Assembly: GCA_004524565.1 (NCBI GenBank)
Contig: SDNZ01000003.1
Coordinates: forward strand, 1 to 62,734
Source of the DNA: Candidatus Thorarchaeota archaeon
GTDB taxonomy: Archaea; Asgardarchaeota; Thorarchaeia; Thorarchaeales; Thorarchaeaceae
Length of the DNA: 62,734 nt
Direction: 5' to 3'
Positions 8,940-18,429 of the stretch are shown here, in pieces. Position numbers and translations under genes: made by a program. How positions within the stretch are numbered: position 1 is the stretch's first letter; each line of letters starts with the position of its first letter. The notes beneath the pieces were generated by a model that had not been told where the DNA came from, made no database searches, and worked only from the letters and a program-made list of their open reading frames with translations.

Positions 8940-11267
8940 GTGGGCTCGCCAAAGATTCTATTCGAAATCGACGACGATGAGAGCACCAGTGCGATTGCTG
9001 TTGGTGATGTAACTGGTAATGGTAAAGCTGAATTATGTACAGGTGGTCGTGACGGTTTCATCCGTCTATATGATGCCAACAGTTCAGAAATTATCTTACT
9101 AGCTCAACATGATGTAGGTGGAAGTGTCTTATCCATCAAGGTCGCAGATGCAAATAACGATGGGCAAATGGAAATCATCGTGGGTAGAGCACTCAGTTCC
9201 TCAGAGGTTCCCGGTGAGGGTAATACCGTCCAAGTCTTCAGGTATTCTCCGAGTGGACAATTAGAGACAATTGGAGGATTTGCTGTTGATAAGTTTGTGA
9301 CTACTGTCTACGTGACAGATGTCACAGGAAATGAAAAGAACGAGATTCTTGTTGGTGGAAGTGATTCGACTCTTCGAATCCTCCAGATGGACACAGAGAA
9401 TACTATCACTCAATTTGCTGTGCATAAACTGGAAGATATGCCTCTGGCTATAGGCACCTGTGACGTAATTGGTGATGAGATTGAGGAGATCGTCACTGGA
9501 AATCGTGACAATACATTAAGAATATTCAAGGTGACTGACCATTCCGTAGAACAGATTGAAGCATTAGAGCTACCCTCTCCTGTGGTATCTCTTGCCTCTG
9601 GCGATATTCTTGGAGACCGTAAGATGGAACTCGGTGTTGTCACAAGGGATGGTTCTATCCGAGTGTACCGTAATGAAGAGAGTAAATTCGACCTCTTCTC
9701 CTCTTTAATGGATGTTAATGCGCTTTCAATTCGAATCGAAGAGATTAATGCCGACCATATGGACGAAGTCATCGTTTCAACAAAAGACCACAAGATACGA
9801 TTCTATAATCTGTACATGGCAGACCTCATCGAGTTAGCAACTGTAGACATTGGAAAGAAGATTCTTGCAATCAATGTTGGTGATGCTGGCGGCGATGGTC
9901 GCAAAGAAGTACAGGTCGGTGTGTCTGATGGACCTCTCAAAGTCATCGAGGGTCTCTACAAGATTATTCCAAGCTTCGAGGTTAGTACTGATGCAAAGAC
10001 TGGTTCCGAGTTGAACGGAAAGATTACTGTGTACAATATCAGTGATGAGCCCATCACAGGTATCGCTGGAAAGATATACCACTTCCCCAAGGATCACATG
10101 GATGTGGAACCACAGCAACTACGGTTTGACCTTGGTGCTGGTGAGAGCAAGAGCATCGACGTTCGACTCATGCCTAAAGCAGAAGGGACTGTCATTGTCC
10201 GACCCATTGTTCTCATGTGGACCGATGCTAATGGAACCGTAAAGCAAGTTACTACTCCAGAGACCGCAATCCTCATTGAACAAGGTGCGGCTGTTGCTGC
10301 TCCTGCAGAGATGGCTCCTGTGCCTATCGAACCAATTGAGACGAGCTTTATTGAAGAAACGATAATTGAAGAAGAATCCCCATTTGGCCCTGTCGTTGGC
10401 ACTGGATTCGGTGATGTTGATATTGAACAGAAATTGGCAGCTCAGCGGATACTTGAGACCACCATGCCTGATGATGGTGGCGATTCATTAAAGGCTGCAG
10501 AACAACTTCTCGACCAACTCTTTGGAGCGGAAGAGACCTCATCAGCAATGACTGCTATTGATGATGTTGAAGCACTCATTGCAGAGCCGACTCCTGACGA
10601 GCAACCCACCATTGTAGCAGCTGCGGTATCAGATAATGAGAGTGCGCTGGTCACTGAGATTAAGCACAGACGACCAAAGGCTCCACGACCCGGTTCCGCC
10701 CCTGACTCTTACCAATATTTGTTCAAGCTCATGGTAATAGGTGAAGGTGCTGTCGGAAAGACAACTCTCGTCAACCGCTATGTTACAGGAACCTTCGAGC
10801 GAGACTACAAGACAACCATAGGGTCGCAATTCGCCGTTAAACTGGCACATATCTCACCTCCCGAAGCAGAGTATGCAACTGGAATTAAAATTCAAGCTTG
10901 GGACGTAGCCGGCCAGGCGCGATTCAAGGCAGTGCGGAAGATGTACTATTCTGGTGCAGCAGGAATCATCATTGTGTTTGATGTTACCCGAAGGCGTTCC
11001 TTTACCGAGCTATCAAAGTGGGTGCAAGAGGCAGACGAGTCGATTGGGACACGAGTTCCAGTTCTTCTTGTAGGAAACAAGACGGACCTTCCAGACCGCG
11101 CAGTTCCCTCTGATGAAGCAAAGCGCTGGGCTGAAGACAATGGATTCCTCTACATGGAGAGTAGTGCTAAGACAGGTGAGGGTGTTGCTGACATGTTCAC
11201 AGTTCTTGCAGAGATCATGTGGCATGAAGCCAGAAGGATTTCAGATAGCAAAAAGACCGAGATGTGA
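8940..11267 (+). CDS. FG-GAP 7-blade beta-propeller + Ig-like domain + acidic linker + C-terminal Rab-like small GTPase
   Basis: Seven D..G(D/N)...E...G..D..(I/L)R-type repeats; GTPase motifs GEGAVGKTT, TIG, WDVAGQ, NKTD and SAK. GTG start. Confidence 0.88.
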   Translation: MGSPKILFEIDDDESTSAIAVGDVTGNGKAELCTGGRDGFIRLYDANSSEIILLAQHDVGGSVLSIKVADANNDGQMEIIVGRALSSSEVPGEGNTVQVFRYSPSGQLETIGGFAVDKFVTTVYVTDVTGNEKNEILVGGSDSTLRILQMDTENTITQFAVHKLEDMPLAIGTCDVIGDEIEEIVTGNRDNTLRIFKVTDHSVEQIEALELPSPVVSLASGDILGDRKMELGVVTRDGSIRVYRNEESKFDLFSSLMDVNALSIRIEEINADHMDEVIVSTKDHKIRFYNLYMADLIELATVDIGKKILAINVGDAGGDGRKEVQVGVSDGPLKVIEGLYKIIPSFEVSTDAKTGSELNGKITVYNISDEPITGIAGKIYHFPKDHMDVEPQQLRFDLGAGESKSIDVRLMPKAEGTVIVRPIVLMWTDANGTVKQVTTPETAILIEQGAAVAAPAEMAPVPIEPIETSFIEETIIEEESPFGPVVGTGFGDVDIEQKLAAQRILETTMPDDGGDSLKAAEQLLDQLFGAEETSSAMTAIDDVEALIAEPTPDEQPTIVAAAVSDNESALVTEIKHRRPKAPRPGSAPDSYQYLFKLMVIGEGAVGKTTLVNRYVTGTFERDYKTTIGSQFAVKLAHISPPEAEYATGIKIQAWDVAGQARFKAVRKMYYSGAAGIIIVFDVTRRRSFTELSKWVQEADESIGTRVPVLLVGNKTDLPDRAVPSDEAKRWAEDNGFLYMESSAKTGEGVADMFTVLAEIMWHEARRISDSKKTEM

Positions 11268-11268
11268 T

Positions 11269-11988
11269 CTAGTCCTGTGGGGCTTTCCAGCAGGGGAGAT
11301 TGAGTCTACTCTTTACCCAGGCGTCTTCAATTTCTACCTCAGTAGATCTATCTGGATTAGTGCAAAGACACCAGAGTGACCCATTACCATTTTTCTCACC
11401 AACACAGAAGTGACAATTCTGGCAGCGTTTTAGAAGAAGGATGTTATCATTGTAGATGAGTGGGTCAGATCTCTTCTTGGTAGATTCAGTGGGTCTGTGG
11501 TATTCTTCTAACGCCTCGACCAATCTTCGTTCCGATTCGCTAGTACCCATTTCATCCTGTAAAAAGTCAACCGCCTCTCTCATTCTTGTTGCTAGTCCTG
11601 ACACATCTTTTACGACAATAGTGTTCAAAATATCTTCAACGATCTTATCCTCAGGTTGCACTCGTTCAAGTGGTTGTACCTCTACTGGTGGCAATTTCTT
11701 CTCGACTGGTCTTACACTCACTTCGGGGAAGAATCGTTGGCGCAGTCCTTCGTCAAGGGTATCACGGGGGGGTTTGGATTCCCTACCATGTTTTTGTGAC
11801 TGAGACGTTCTCTTTGTTCGTTCCAGTTCCTTCAACGCATCTTTCTTGAGCATCATTCTAATGTAATCTTCATCATCTATCTCACGTGCAGGTTTACCGC
11901 TAGGTTGAACATCGGGACTAACGAAGTCATCAAGCAGTTGTGAAACCGAAAAGTCTTCTATGGTTTTGTGTCTCTTTCTGTTACGCAT
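11269..11988 (-). CDS. Hypothetical protein with C-terminal 6-Cys domain (paralogue 1)
   Basis: KRCQNCHFCV...WCLCTNPDRS...WVKSRLNLPCWK; N- and C-terminal motifs shared with 12111..12806. Confidence 0.75.
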   Translation of the reverse strand: MRNRKRHKTIEDFSVSQLLDDFVSPDVQPSGKPAREIDDEDYIRMMLKKDALKELERTKRTSQSQKHGRESKPPRDTLDEGLRQRFFPEVSVRPVEKKLPPVEVQPLERVQPEDKIVEDILNTIVVKDVSGLATRMREAVDFLQDEMGTSESERRLVEALEEYHRPTESTKKRSDPLIYNDNILLLKRCQNCHFCVGEKNGNGSLWCLCTNPDRSTEVEIEDAWVKSRLNLPCWKAPQD

Positions 11989-12110
11989 GTTCCAATACGA
12001 TCCATGGTGGCCGGTCCAATCAAGGTTTCCCGAGGCATATCACTAATCAATTCCGATTGTGTACTAATAAAATACCTTTGGAATGTAGATAGCAGGAGAT
12101 GTATCTCAAT

Positions 12111-12806
12111 TCAGTCCTGCTGAGCCTTCCAGCAGGGGAGATTCATTCTACTCATCACCCATGATCCTCTCACAACTGCATGAGTGGATCTGCCTGGGTT
12201 TGAGCAACTACACCAACATGCACCTCCGACCTTCCGCTCTTTGACACAAAAATAGCAGGTCTGACACCGCTTTATGGGAGCTCGCTTCTCTGAGACTACT
12301 GGTGTATCCCGTTTCTTTTCACTGGTTGGTGTGTCCTTTCTATGCTTCGCCAGTGTTTCACGCGCTTTACGTCTTGCTTCCCGGGGACTTATTTCATTCT
12401 GTGGGACTTCCGGAGATATCTTCTTCCTTCCTGTTTGTGCCGCTTCATCCATCATATCTTGAGTTTTCATAATCTCTTCAATGATCGCTGTTTCTTCTGG
12501 TGACAAGTCCCTTTCACACGTCAACGGAAACGTTTCTAGCTCTTGTTCATCAAGTTGCAACGTAGCTCTCTCAATTATCTTTTCTTGAGTTGGATGTACT
12601 TCATTGTGTGTACTTGCTGCAGGTATCTTCTTGATTCTTTCTTTCTTTCTACTCTCTTCTTTTTCAATCATCATTCGGATATACTCTTCATCGTCCAATT
12701 CCCTTGCTCGTTTACTTTCCTCTTCTGCACTTAGATCGACGAAATCGTCTAGTAGTTTTGAAACTGATAGATCATCTATAGACTTTGTTTTCTTACTTTC
12801 GCGCAT
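12111..12806 (-). CDS. Hypothetical protein with C-terminal 6-Cys domain (paralogue 2)
   Basis: KRCQTCYFCV...WCSCSNPGRS...WVMSRMNLPCWK. Start moved to ATG 12806 to align with paralogue 1. Confidence 0.75.
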   Translation of the reverse strand: MRESKKTKSIDDLSVSKLLDDFVDLSAEEESKRARELDDEEYIRMMIEKEESRKKERIKKIPAASTHNEVHPTQEKIIERATLQLDEQELETFPLTCERDLSPEETAIIEEIMKTQDMMDEAAQTGRKKISPEVPQNEISPREARRKARETLAKHRKDTPTSEKKRDTPVVSEKRAPIKRCQTCYFCVKERKVGGACWCSCSNPGRSTHAVVRGSWVMSRMNLPCWKAQQD

Positions 12807-12909
12807 GATAAGCAACGGCCTTTGCAATATTTCAGAAATACCCCAATTTCCCACCTAAGTAAGAAAACCGACAAACCATCATAAAACACCTACTGTCTGA
12901 ACACATGTC

Positions 12910-13500
12910 TTATTGACGTAGTCTTGCTCCCTCATCAAAAGCTAAGATGTTGTTGGAGTCTGGGCCAAATATAGATTCAAGGGCCTCTCGAATAATGTTC
13001 AGAGATAGGGGATTTTGAGTCAGGGCTCCCATAGTTCCTAAAATAAAGGAGTTCAGCATCTTCATAGAACCGCTATGAGTTAGGGTTTCTTCTGCATCCA
13101 GCACAATAACTTGCTTGCATAGTTTGTTCAATGATTCAATAATTCTCTCAAGAGAAGGATACTCCGTGGTTTCACCATTAGTAGCAACTGTGGGGATTTT
13201 CGTCTGACTGACTATTACGACAGTTCTATCACCTGCAAATTTAGATGCAGCTCGCAGTGCTTCTAGTGGTTCCAAGCCGAGAATGATATCTGCTTCTCCT
13301 CTTGGTATCAATGGTGCCCAGTCAATCTTCCCAATTCGAAGATGGGTAAGAACACTCCCACCTCGTCGTGATGCACCAAAAGTATCTCCAACAACTGGTC
13401 TCAGCCCTGATCGTACTGAAGCTTCTGCTAGTACTCTACCACAGACAAGATTTCCTTGCCCTCCCACTCCTGCAACTAGAATATTGAAGGGGTCTCTCAT
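12910..13500 (-). CDS. iorB: Indolepyruvate:ferredoxin oxidoreductase beta subunit
   Basis: AGVGGQGNL and SRRGGSVLTHLRIG motifs; follows iorA. Confidence 0.9.
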   Translation of the reverse strand: MRDPFNILVAGVGGQGNLVCGRVLAEASVRSGLRPVVGDTFGASRRGGSVLTHLRIGKIDWAPLIPRGEADIILGLEPLEALRAASKFAGDRTVVIVSQTKIPTVATNGETTEYPSLERIIESLNKLCKQVIVLDAEETLTHSGSMKMLNSFILGTMGALTQNPLSLNIIREALESIFGPDSNNILAFDEGARLRQ

Positions 13501-15350
13501 GAAGTTCGTTCCTCCTTTATTGCATCATGAGGGCAGACTGCTACACAGGCTCCACATTGTACACAGAGTTGATCAAGAATCACTGGATGACCTATTACCT
13601 TATCCCAACTGATAGCAGGGCATGCAAACTCTTGGACACAGATAAGACATCTATCTCCTTTACACAGATCTTTGTCAATTCTGAATGATACACCTTCAGT
13701 AGCAAGTTCTCTTCGGGCTACCTCAAGTCTACAGATACTGTCGAGGAGTAATACCTTCAGTCCTTCTTTGTTGATTGTTGAATGTAGAAGGTCAACTAAT
13801 TTGGGAATGTCAGTGGCGTCACACCTGGCAAAGAAATCAGGCTCTATGGCTTTGACAACGTTTTCTATCTTCACTCTATTCAGTCTGGATTCCTGATGGA
13901 CTGAACCTGGATGCGTCTGGAATCCGGTCATTGCAGTGGTCTCATTATCTAGAATTACAAAGGTAAGATTGGCACCTTTGTGCTTTGCATTGATGAGACC
14001 TGGGATGCATGCGTGAAAGAATGTGGAGTCACCTGCAACTGCTATCACCTTTGAATCAAAACCAAATTGCTCGAGTTGACCCAATCCTGTGGCAACTCCA
14101 ATTCCGGAACCCATTGCTTGCATTGTGGTCATTGCCCTATCATAGAACACTCCTAGTGAGTAGCAACCAATGTCTCCTGCAACGACCAGTTTGTCCTTAG
14201 TCCTCTTCCGTACCTTTCTCACAGCCCAGTAGAAATTGCGATGCGTGCAACCTGCACAGAAGGTAAGTGGACGTGGTATCAAAAGATCGGACTCTACCTG
14301 TTTGGTCTTTCCAAACTTTATTCCCCTTAGATTAGCAATAGCTTCTCGCATGAGGTCCGTTGTCATCTCACCAAAAGCTGGGATTGTTCCATTTCTTTTT
14401 CCGTGGAATTCTGGAATATTCCCCAACTCAACTGCAAGAGACCTTACTTCCTCTTCTATAAAAGGGTCAATCTCTTCAGAGAATAGAACTTGTTTAGCTT
14501 TACTTATTGCGGCAGATACTATCTTATTTGGTAGTGGATAGGTTGTCACAAGATTGAGAACACCAATATTCTCTGCATCCAATAGATTGATTGCATCCTC
14601 TGAGTATCGTCGACTTATCCCACTTGAAATGATTAAGACATCGATTTTCTTCTCAGATGGTAACGTATTCCATAATGATTCTTCGAACACCTCACTGATT
14701 TTATCCATCTTTTTGAGCAAGTCCCTATGTTTCAAATGCGGTGTTGGAACATTGAACAGATTTTCTACTAGTGGTTCAGCTTTCCAGGTTCTTTTCGGAA
14801 TTTCTCCCATTGTTACGAGCCCTCTTGAATGACTTAGTCGGGTTGTGCTACGAATAAGTACTGGTAACTCATAATCTTGGGAAATTTTCAAAGCATACGG
14901 TATGATGTCCTTTGCTTCTTGATAGGTGGATGGTTCAAGCAGAGGAATTTGAGCAGCTTTTGCATAGAATCGTGAATCCTGCTCATTGCTTGAGCTATGG
15001 CCTCGAGGATCATCACACACAACGATGACCAAACCTCCTTTGCCAGTCCCCGAGAGATTAAGATTCAGCAGAAAATCTGAGGCGACATTCAGACCTAGTG
15101 ATTTAATTGAGCATAGGGCTGGAACTCCTGCCCAACTTGCTCCAGCAGCAGCCTCCAATGCCACTTTTTCATTTACACTCCATTCTACATAGATGTCGTG
15201 CTCTTCAGCAATTCTTTGTAGTGTAGCAGCTATCTCTGTGGAGGGTGTGCCCGGGTAGGATGCACAGAAACCAATCCCTCCTTCTAATGCTCCTCTTGCA
15301 ATAGCTTCATTGCCGCTCATGATTGTTACGTGCTTTGAGGCCGTCATCAT
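13497..15350 (-). CDS. iorA: Indolepyruvate:ferredoxin oxidoreductase alpha subunit
   Basis: MSGNEAIARGA, YPGTPSTEI, EWSVNEKVALE, FCAGCTHR, GDIGCY, C-terminal ferredoxin. Start trimmed to ATG 15350. Confidence 0.93.
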   Translation of the reverse strand: MMTASKHVTIMSGNEAIARGALEGGIGFCASYPGTPSTEIAATLQRIAEEHDIYVEWSVNEKVALEAAAGASWAGVPALCSIKSLGLNVASDFLLNLNLSGTGKGGLVIVVCDDPRGHSSSNEQDSRFYAKAAQIPLLEPSTYQEAKDIIPYALKISQDYELPVLIRSTTRLSHSRGLVTMGEIPKRTWKAEPLVENLFNVPTPHLKHRDLLKKMDKISEVFEESLWNTLPSEKKIDVLIISSGISRRYSEDAINLLDAENIGVLNLVTTYPLPNKIVSAAISKAKQVLFSEEIDPFIEEEVRSLAVELGNIPEFHGKRNGTIPAFGEMTTDLMREAIANLRGIKFGKTKQVESDLLIPRPLTFCAGCTHRNFYWAVRKVRKRTKDKLVVAGDIGCYSLGVFYDRAMTTMQAMGSGIGVATGLGQLEQFGFDSKVIAVAGDSTFFHACIPGLINAKHKGANLTFVILDNETTAMTGFQTHPGSVHQESRLNRVKIENVVKAIEPDFFARCDATDIPKLVDLLHSTINKEGLKVLLLDSICRLEVARRELATEGVSFRIDKDLCKGDRCLICVQEFACPAISWDKVIGHPVILDQLCVQCGACVAVCPHDAIKEERTS

Positions 15351-15447
15351 CTCACAACCTGAACTCCTCTCAGAAAACACTTTCGAATTTGGTATGCCTT
15401 TCCAGAAAAGAGAAAAAGGGGAACTTCTAATGCGAAATAGTACCACA

Positions 15448-16533
15448 ATGTCAGAACAACGAGAAAGCGAGTCTAAAACAGTGAGAAAAATCACCTCACT
15501 TCATTCGATATCCCATGACAAAGACGTGGATGGTCTAAATTCAGCAGCTATTGTATGGAGATATGCAAAATCAAAAGGACTCGACTTCAGTGTGACTCTG
15601 ACTGACTATGGTGCATTTGAACCTGTATTTTCAGCTATTGCTTCGAGGAGAGATACGCTCATCGTCGTGTCCGATTTGGGTATGGATGATACAATTTTGG
15701 ATACTGTTGTAACCAGTTTGACTCGGGCTATTTCTCAGGGTTGTAAGATTGTATGGCTTGACCATCATCATTGGTCTGAACGAGCAATTAAAGCAATTCT
15801 TGCACTACCCAACAAACCTATACTGAGAATTAATCATGACTTTTGTGCTGCAGAAATAGCACATAAAGTACTCCTACCTAGAGATGAAATTAGTGCTGAA
15901 CTTGCTCGCATCGCTCATGATACAGATTTTAATCTGAGGGAACTCGATGGTGCAACTGCATTGACCGATGCAGTTTCAGTGATACGTTTTAGTGCAATCG
16001 ACCACCGTGAAGATGTTTCTGATGCTCTATATCCTGTTCTGCTAAAACTTGCTGAGAAAGGTTTAGAGGGTGTCTGGGATGATACCAAAAAGAAGTTCAT
16101 AGACGCACTCTTGGATAAGCGAGTTGATCATTATAGAAAGGATAAAGCGAAGAAGATGCGAAAGGCCCTCGCTGGTCATTGTGATACCATTATCCATGAT
16201 AGACTTGTTCGTGTCGTGGAAATACCCAGTGGAGTGACCTCTACAGATATGGGTACCTTTGCTGCAAAACCAGAAAATCTTCACTTAGACGGAAAATCAT
16301 TGAAAGTGGCTGACCTGCTCTTCATGCTTAGTCAGGGTGGAATGCTCGGAATTCGAAGAGGGCACGACACAGTTCTCTGCAATATGGTAGCAAAACAATT
16401 CAATGGTGGTGGGCACCCATTTGCTGCCGGAGGAGAATACGGTCTCTACGAAGACTTTCAAGCAGTCTGTGATGATCTATTCCAGACACTCTCAAAAAGC
16501 ACTGATTGGCTTGTTCAAGATGACGCCCAGTAA
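15448..16533 (+). CDS. DHH/DHHA1 family phosphoesterase
   Basis: HDKDVDG, VSDLG, LDHHH, GGGHPFAAG. Start trimmed; 15430 is also possible. Confidence 0.88.
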   Translation: MSEQRESESKTVRKITSLHSISHDKDVDGLNSAAIVWRYAKSKGLDFSVTLTDYGAFEPVFSAIASRRDTLIVVSDLGMDDTILDTVVTSLTRAISQGCKIVWLDHHHWSERAIKAILALPNKPILRINHDFCAAEIAHKVLLPRDEISAELARIAHDTDFNLRELDGATALTDAVSVIRFSAIDHREDVSDALYPVLLKLAEKGLEGVWDDTKKKFIDALLDKRVDHYRKDKAKKMRKALAGHCDTIIHDRLVRVVEIPSGVTSTDMGTFAAKPENLHLDGKSLKVADLLFMLSQGGMLGIRRGHDTVLCNMVAKQFNGGGHPFAAGGEYGLYEDFQAVCDDLFQTLSKSTDWLVQDDAQ

Positions 16534-16552
16534 TTCTCAGAAAGCGTCTGTT

Positions 16553-17488
16553 TCATTCTATCCATGCATCGGTTGCTGCATCGTAGATTGTATCAAAGGT
16601 CGTAACAGCATCATCAATTAACCCAGGATTATCCTTACGCAGAATTAAAGCTGCCATATCTGAATCTGCTGCATGTGTGAGATAGAGTAGCATCTTATCA
16701 GAATTCAGGCTCACCATGCGATATGTTTTAAAATTCTCTTTTGCTATCCTGAGCGAAATATTACCAGTGGAAGCGAGTTTTACAAATGAATCTCTTACGT
16801 TTTTTATGTAATTTGATATCAGCTCCTTCGTAATTGATTCTTTCCCCTTCACTGGCATCATTAGACCGATTACCTTTACTCCATCAATAGCTCTTGCCAT
16901 GAGACTCATTTCTGCCATCCCTGCCTGTTGTAAACCTCTGTCAAGCACACTTGCTGGTGCTATAACCCGAATTACCTCTCCTGGTTTGGCTGCCTCTCCA
17001 AATTCTCTAATGACCGCACTGCGAACATTTTCGATTCCTTCTATGATAATTGACCCTTGTAAAGACTCTAATCCCCGAAGTTGATTATATAGAGTAAAAG
17101 CGATATTATCTGGGCTAATCGATTCGAGCAGATTCAATTTAGCGGCAATCTCTTGCCTTCTAGTTAGGCATCCAGAAAGAGCTTCTTTCCGTTTTTCTTC
17201 GAGTGCGTTATCAATCCCTGTTTTTGATATTGCATACCTTCTTGGTGTCTGCACCGGATCACAAACCAAATACCCTTCATCTTTCAGATTTGATAAATGT
17301 CGATAGACGTATGCTTTGGTAAATTTCTTCTTCTCCAATTTCTGAAGATGCTTCACAATTTCTTTGTAGGTTACGAATTTAGATGGTCCTCGAGCTGCTG
17401 CCATTACTGCCTTCAGAATCATCATCTGACTTGAATCCACATCAATTCCCAATCGACTGAAATCGTTTGAATCCCTTCGGTCTGCCAA
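16553..17488 (-). CDS. TrmB-like regulator (wHTH + coiled coil + PLD-like effector domain), paralogue 3
   Basis: N-terminal wHTH (AYVYRHLSNLKDEGYL) and C-terminal NPGLIDDAVTTFD. Confidence 0.65.
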   Translation of the reverse strand: MADRRDSNDFSRLGIDVDSSQMMILKAVMAAARGPSKFVTYKEIVKHLQKLEKKKFTKAYVYRHLSNLKDEGYLVCDPVQTPRRYAISKTGIDNALEEKRKEALSGCLTRRQEIAAKLNLLESISPDNIAFTLYNQLRGLESLQGSIIIEGIENVRSAVIREFGEAAKPGEVIRVIAPASVLDRGLQQAGMAEMSLMARAIDGVKVIGLMMPVKGKESITKELISNYIKNVRDSFVKLASTGNISLRIAKENFKTYRMVSLNSDKMLLYLTHAADSDMAALILRKDNPGLIDDAVTTFDTIYDAATDAWIE

Positions 17489-17490
17489 CC

Positions 17491-18402
17491 TTAATCTCCC
17501 CCGATATCCGTGATATCTTCTCCAACATCATAATCTGTATCAAACGATTCTATTGCATTATCGACCAGATCTGGATTTGCATTTCTTGGTATCCATGTTG
17601 CTGACATAGGGTTCTCAGACACGATTAATACAATCCCCTCATCATTTCGCCCAACAAACTGGTACGTAGAATCCTGTCGTTCACAAATCCTGAATCCCGG
17701 ATTGAATCCTTGTTCTCGATAAGCTAGTGTAAATCTCTTGAACAACTCTCGTTGTTGTTTGCTAATCTTGTTGTGTTCAAGACCCAGAAAAATAACTCCC
17801 TCATCCATTAATCTTCCTAATCTATCCGCCCTGATTGGTGTAATCATATCAGACCGACTCAACCACTCCAGAGAAAATCTGACGAGATCTCCTTTCTTGG
17901 CGTACGTGTATATCTTATCCTCTATCAGTTGGATGACATTTTCCCATCCTTCTGCGAATACAGGTTTCTCGATCTTTTGCTTGCCTGCGGCCAGTGAAAT
18001 CATATCTGTGGAAAGTTCTTCTATGTCTATCTTTGAGAGCTGCTCAATTTCGGTATCTATTAGATGCAGTTCATTCTCCAGTTTTGATATTGCTTTATTA
18101 ATTGCTTTACGGAATACTTCATGCATGAGTCCAACATCTGTGTTGTATCCATGTTTGTGTTCACTTCGGTCTACTTGAATGAATCCAGTTTTTTCAAGTC
18201 CTGATAATCCTCGATAGATAAGTGGGTCTTTTCCCTTTTTCCCACCCTCTTCAATTGCTAGTTGAGATCGAATAGCTTCAAAATCAACAAAGGCAGTGGG
18301 TTCGTTTTGACTCTTCAATAGAGCTCCAAGGATTACCATTTCTTTCCTGGTACTTTCAAAATTGAGAATCTCTAGGACTTCTTTGTACTGGTCTTTATTC
18401 AT
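17491..18402 (-). CDS. TrmB-like regulator, paralogue 2
   Basis: LIYRGLSGLEKTGFI; SENPMSATW...NPDLVDNAIESFD. Confidence 0.65.
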   Translation of the reverse strand: MNKDQYKEVLEILNFESTRKEMVILGALLKSQNEPTAFVDFEAIRSQLAIEEGGKKGKDPLIYRGLSGLEKTGFIQVDRSEHKHGYNTDVGLMHEVFRKAINKAISKLENELHLIDTEIEQLSKIDIEELSTDMISLAAGKQKIEKPVFAEGWENVIQLIEDKIYTYAKKGDLVRFSLEWLSRSDMITPIRADRLGRLMDEGVIFLGLEHNKISKQQRELFKRFTLAYREQGFNPGFRICERQDSTYQFVGRNDEGIVLIVSENPMSATWIPRNANPDLVDNAIESFDTDYDVGEDITDIGGD

Positions 18403-18429
18403 GCTCCTCTATCCACCTTAGGCTTACTC

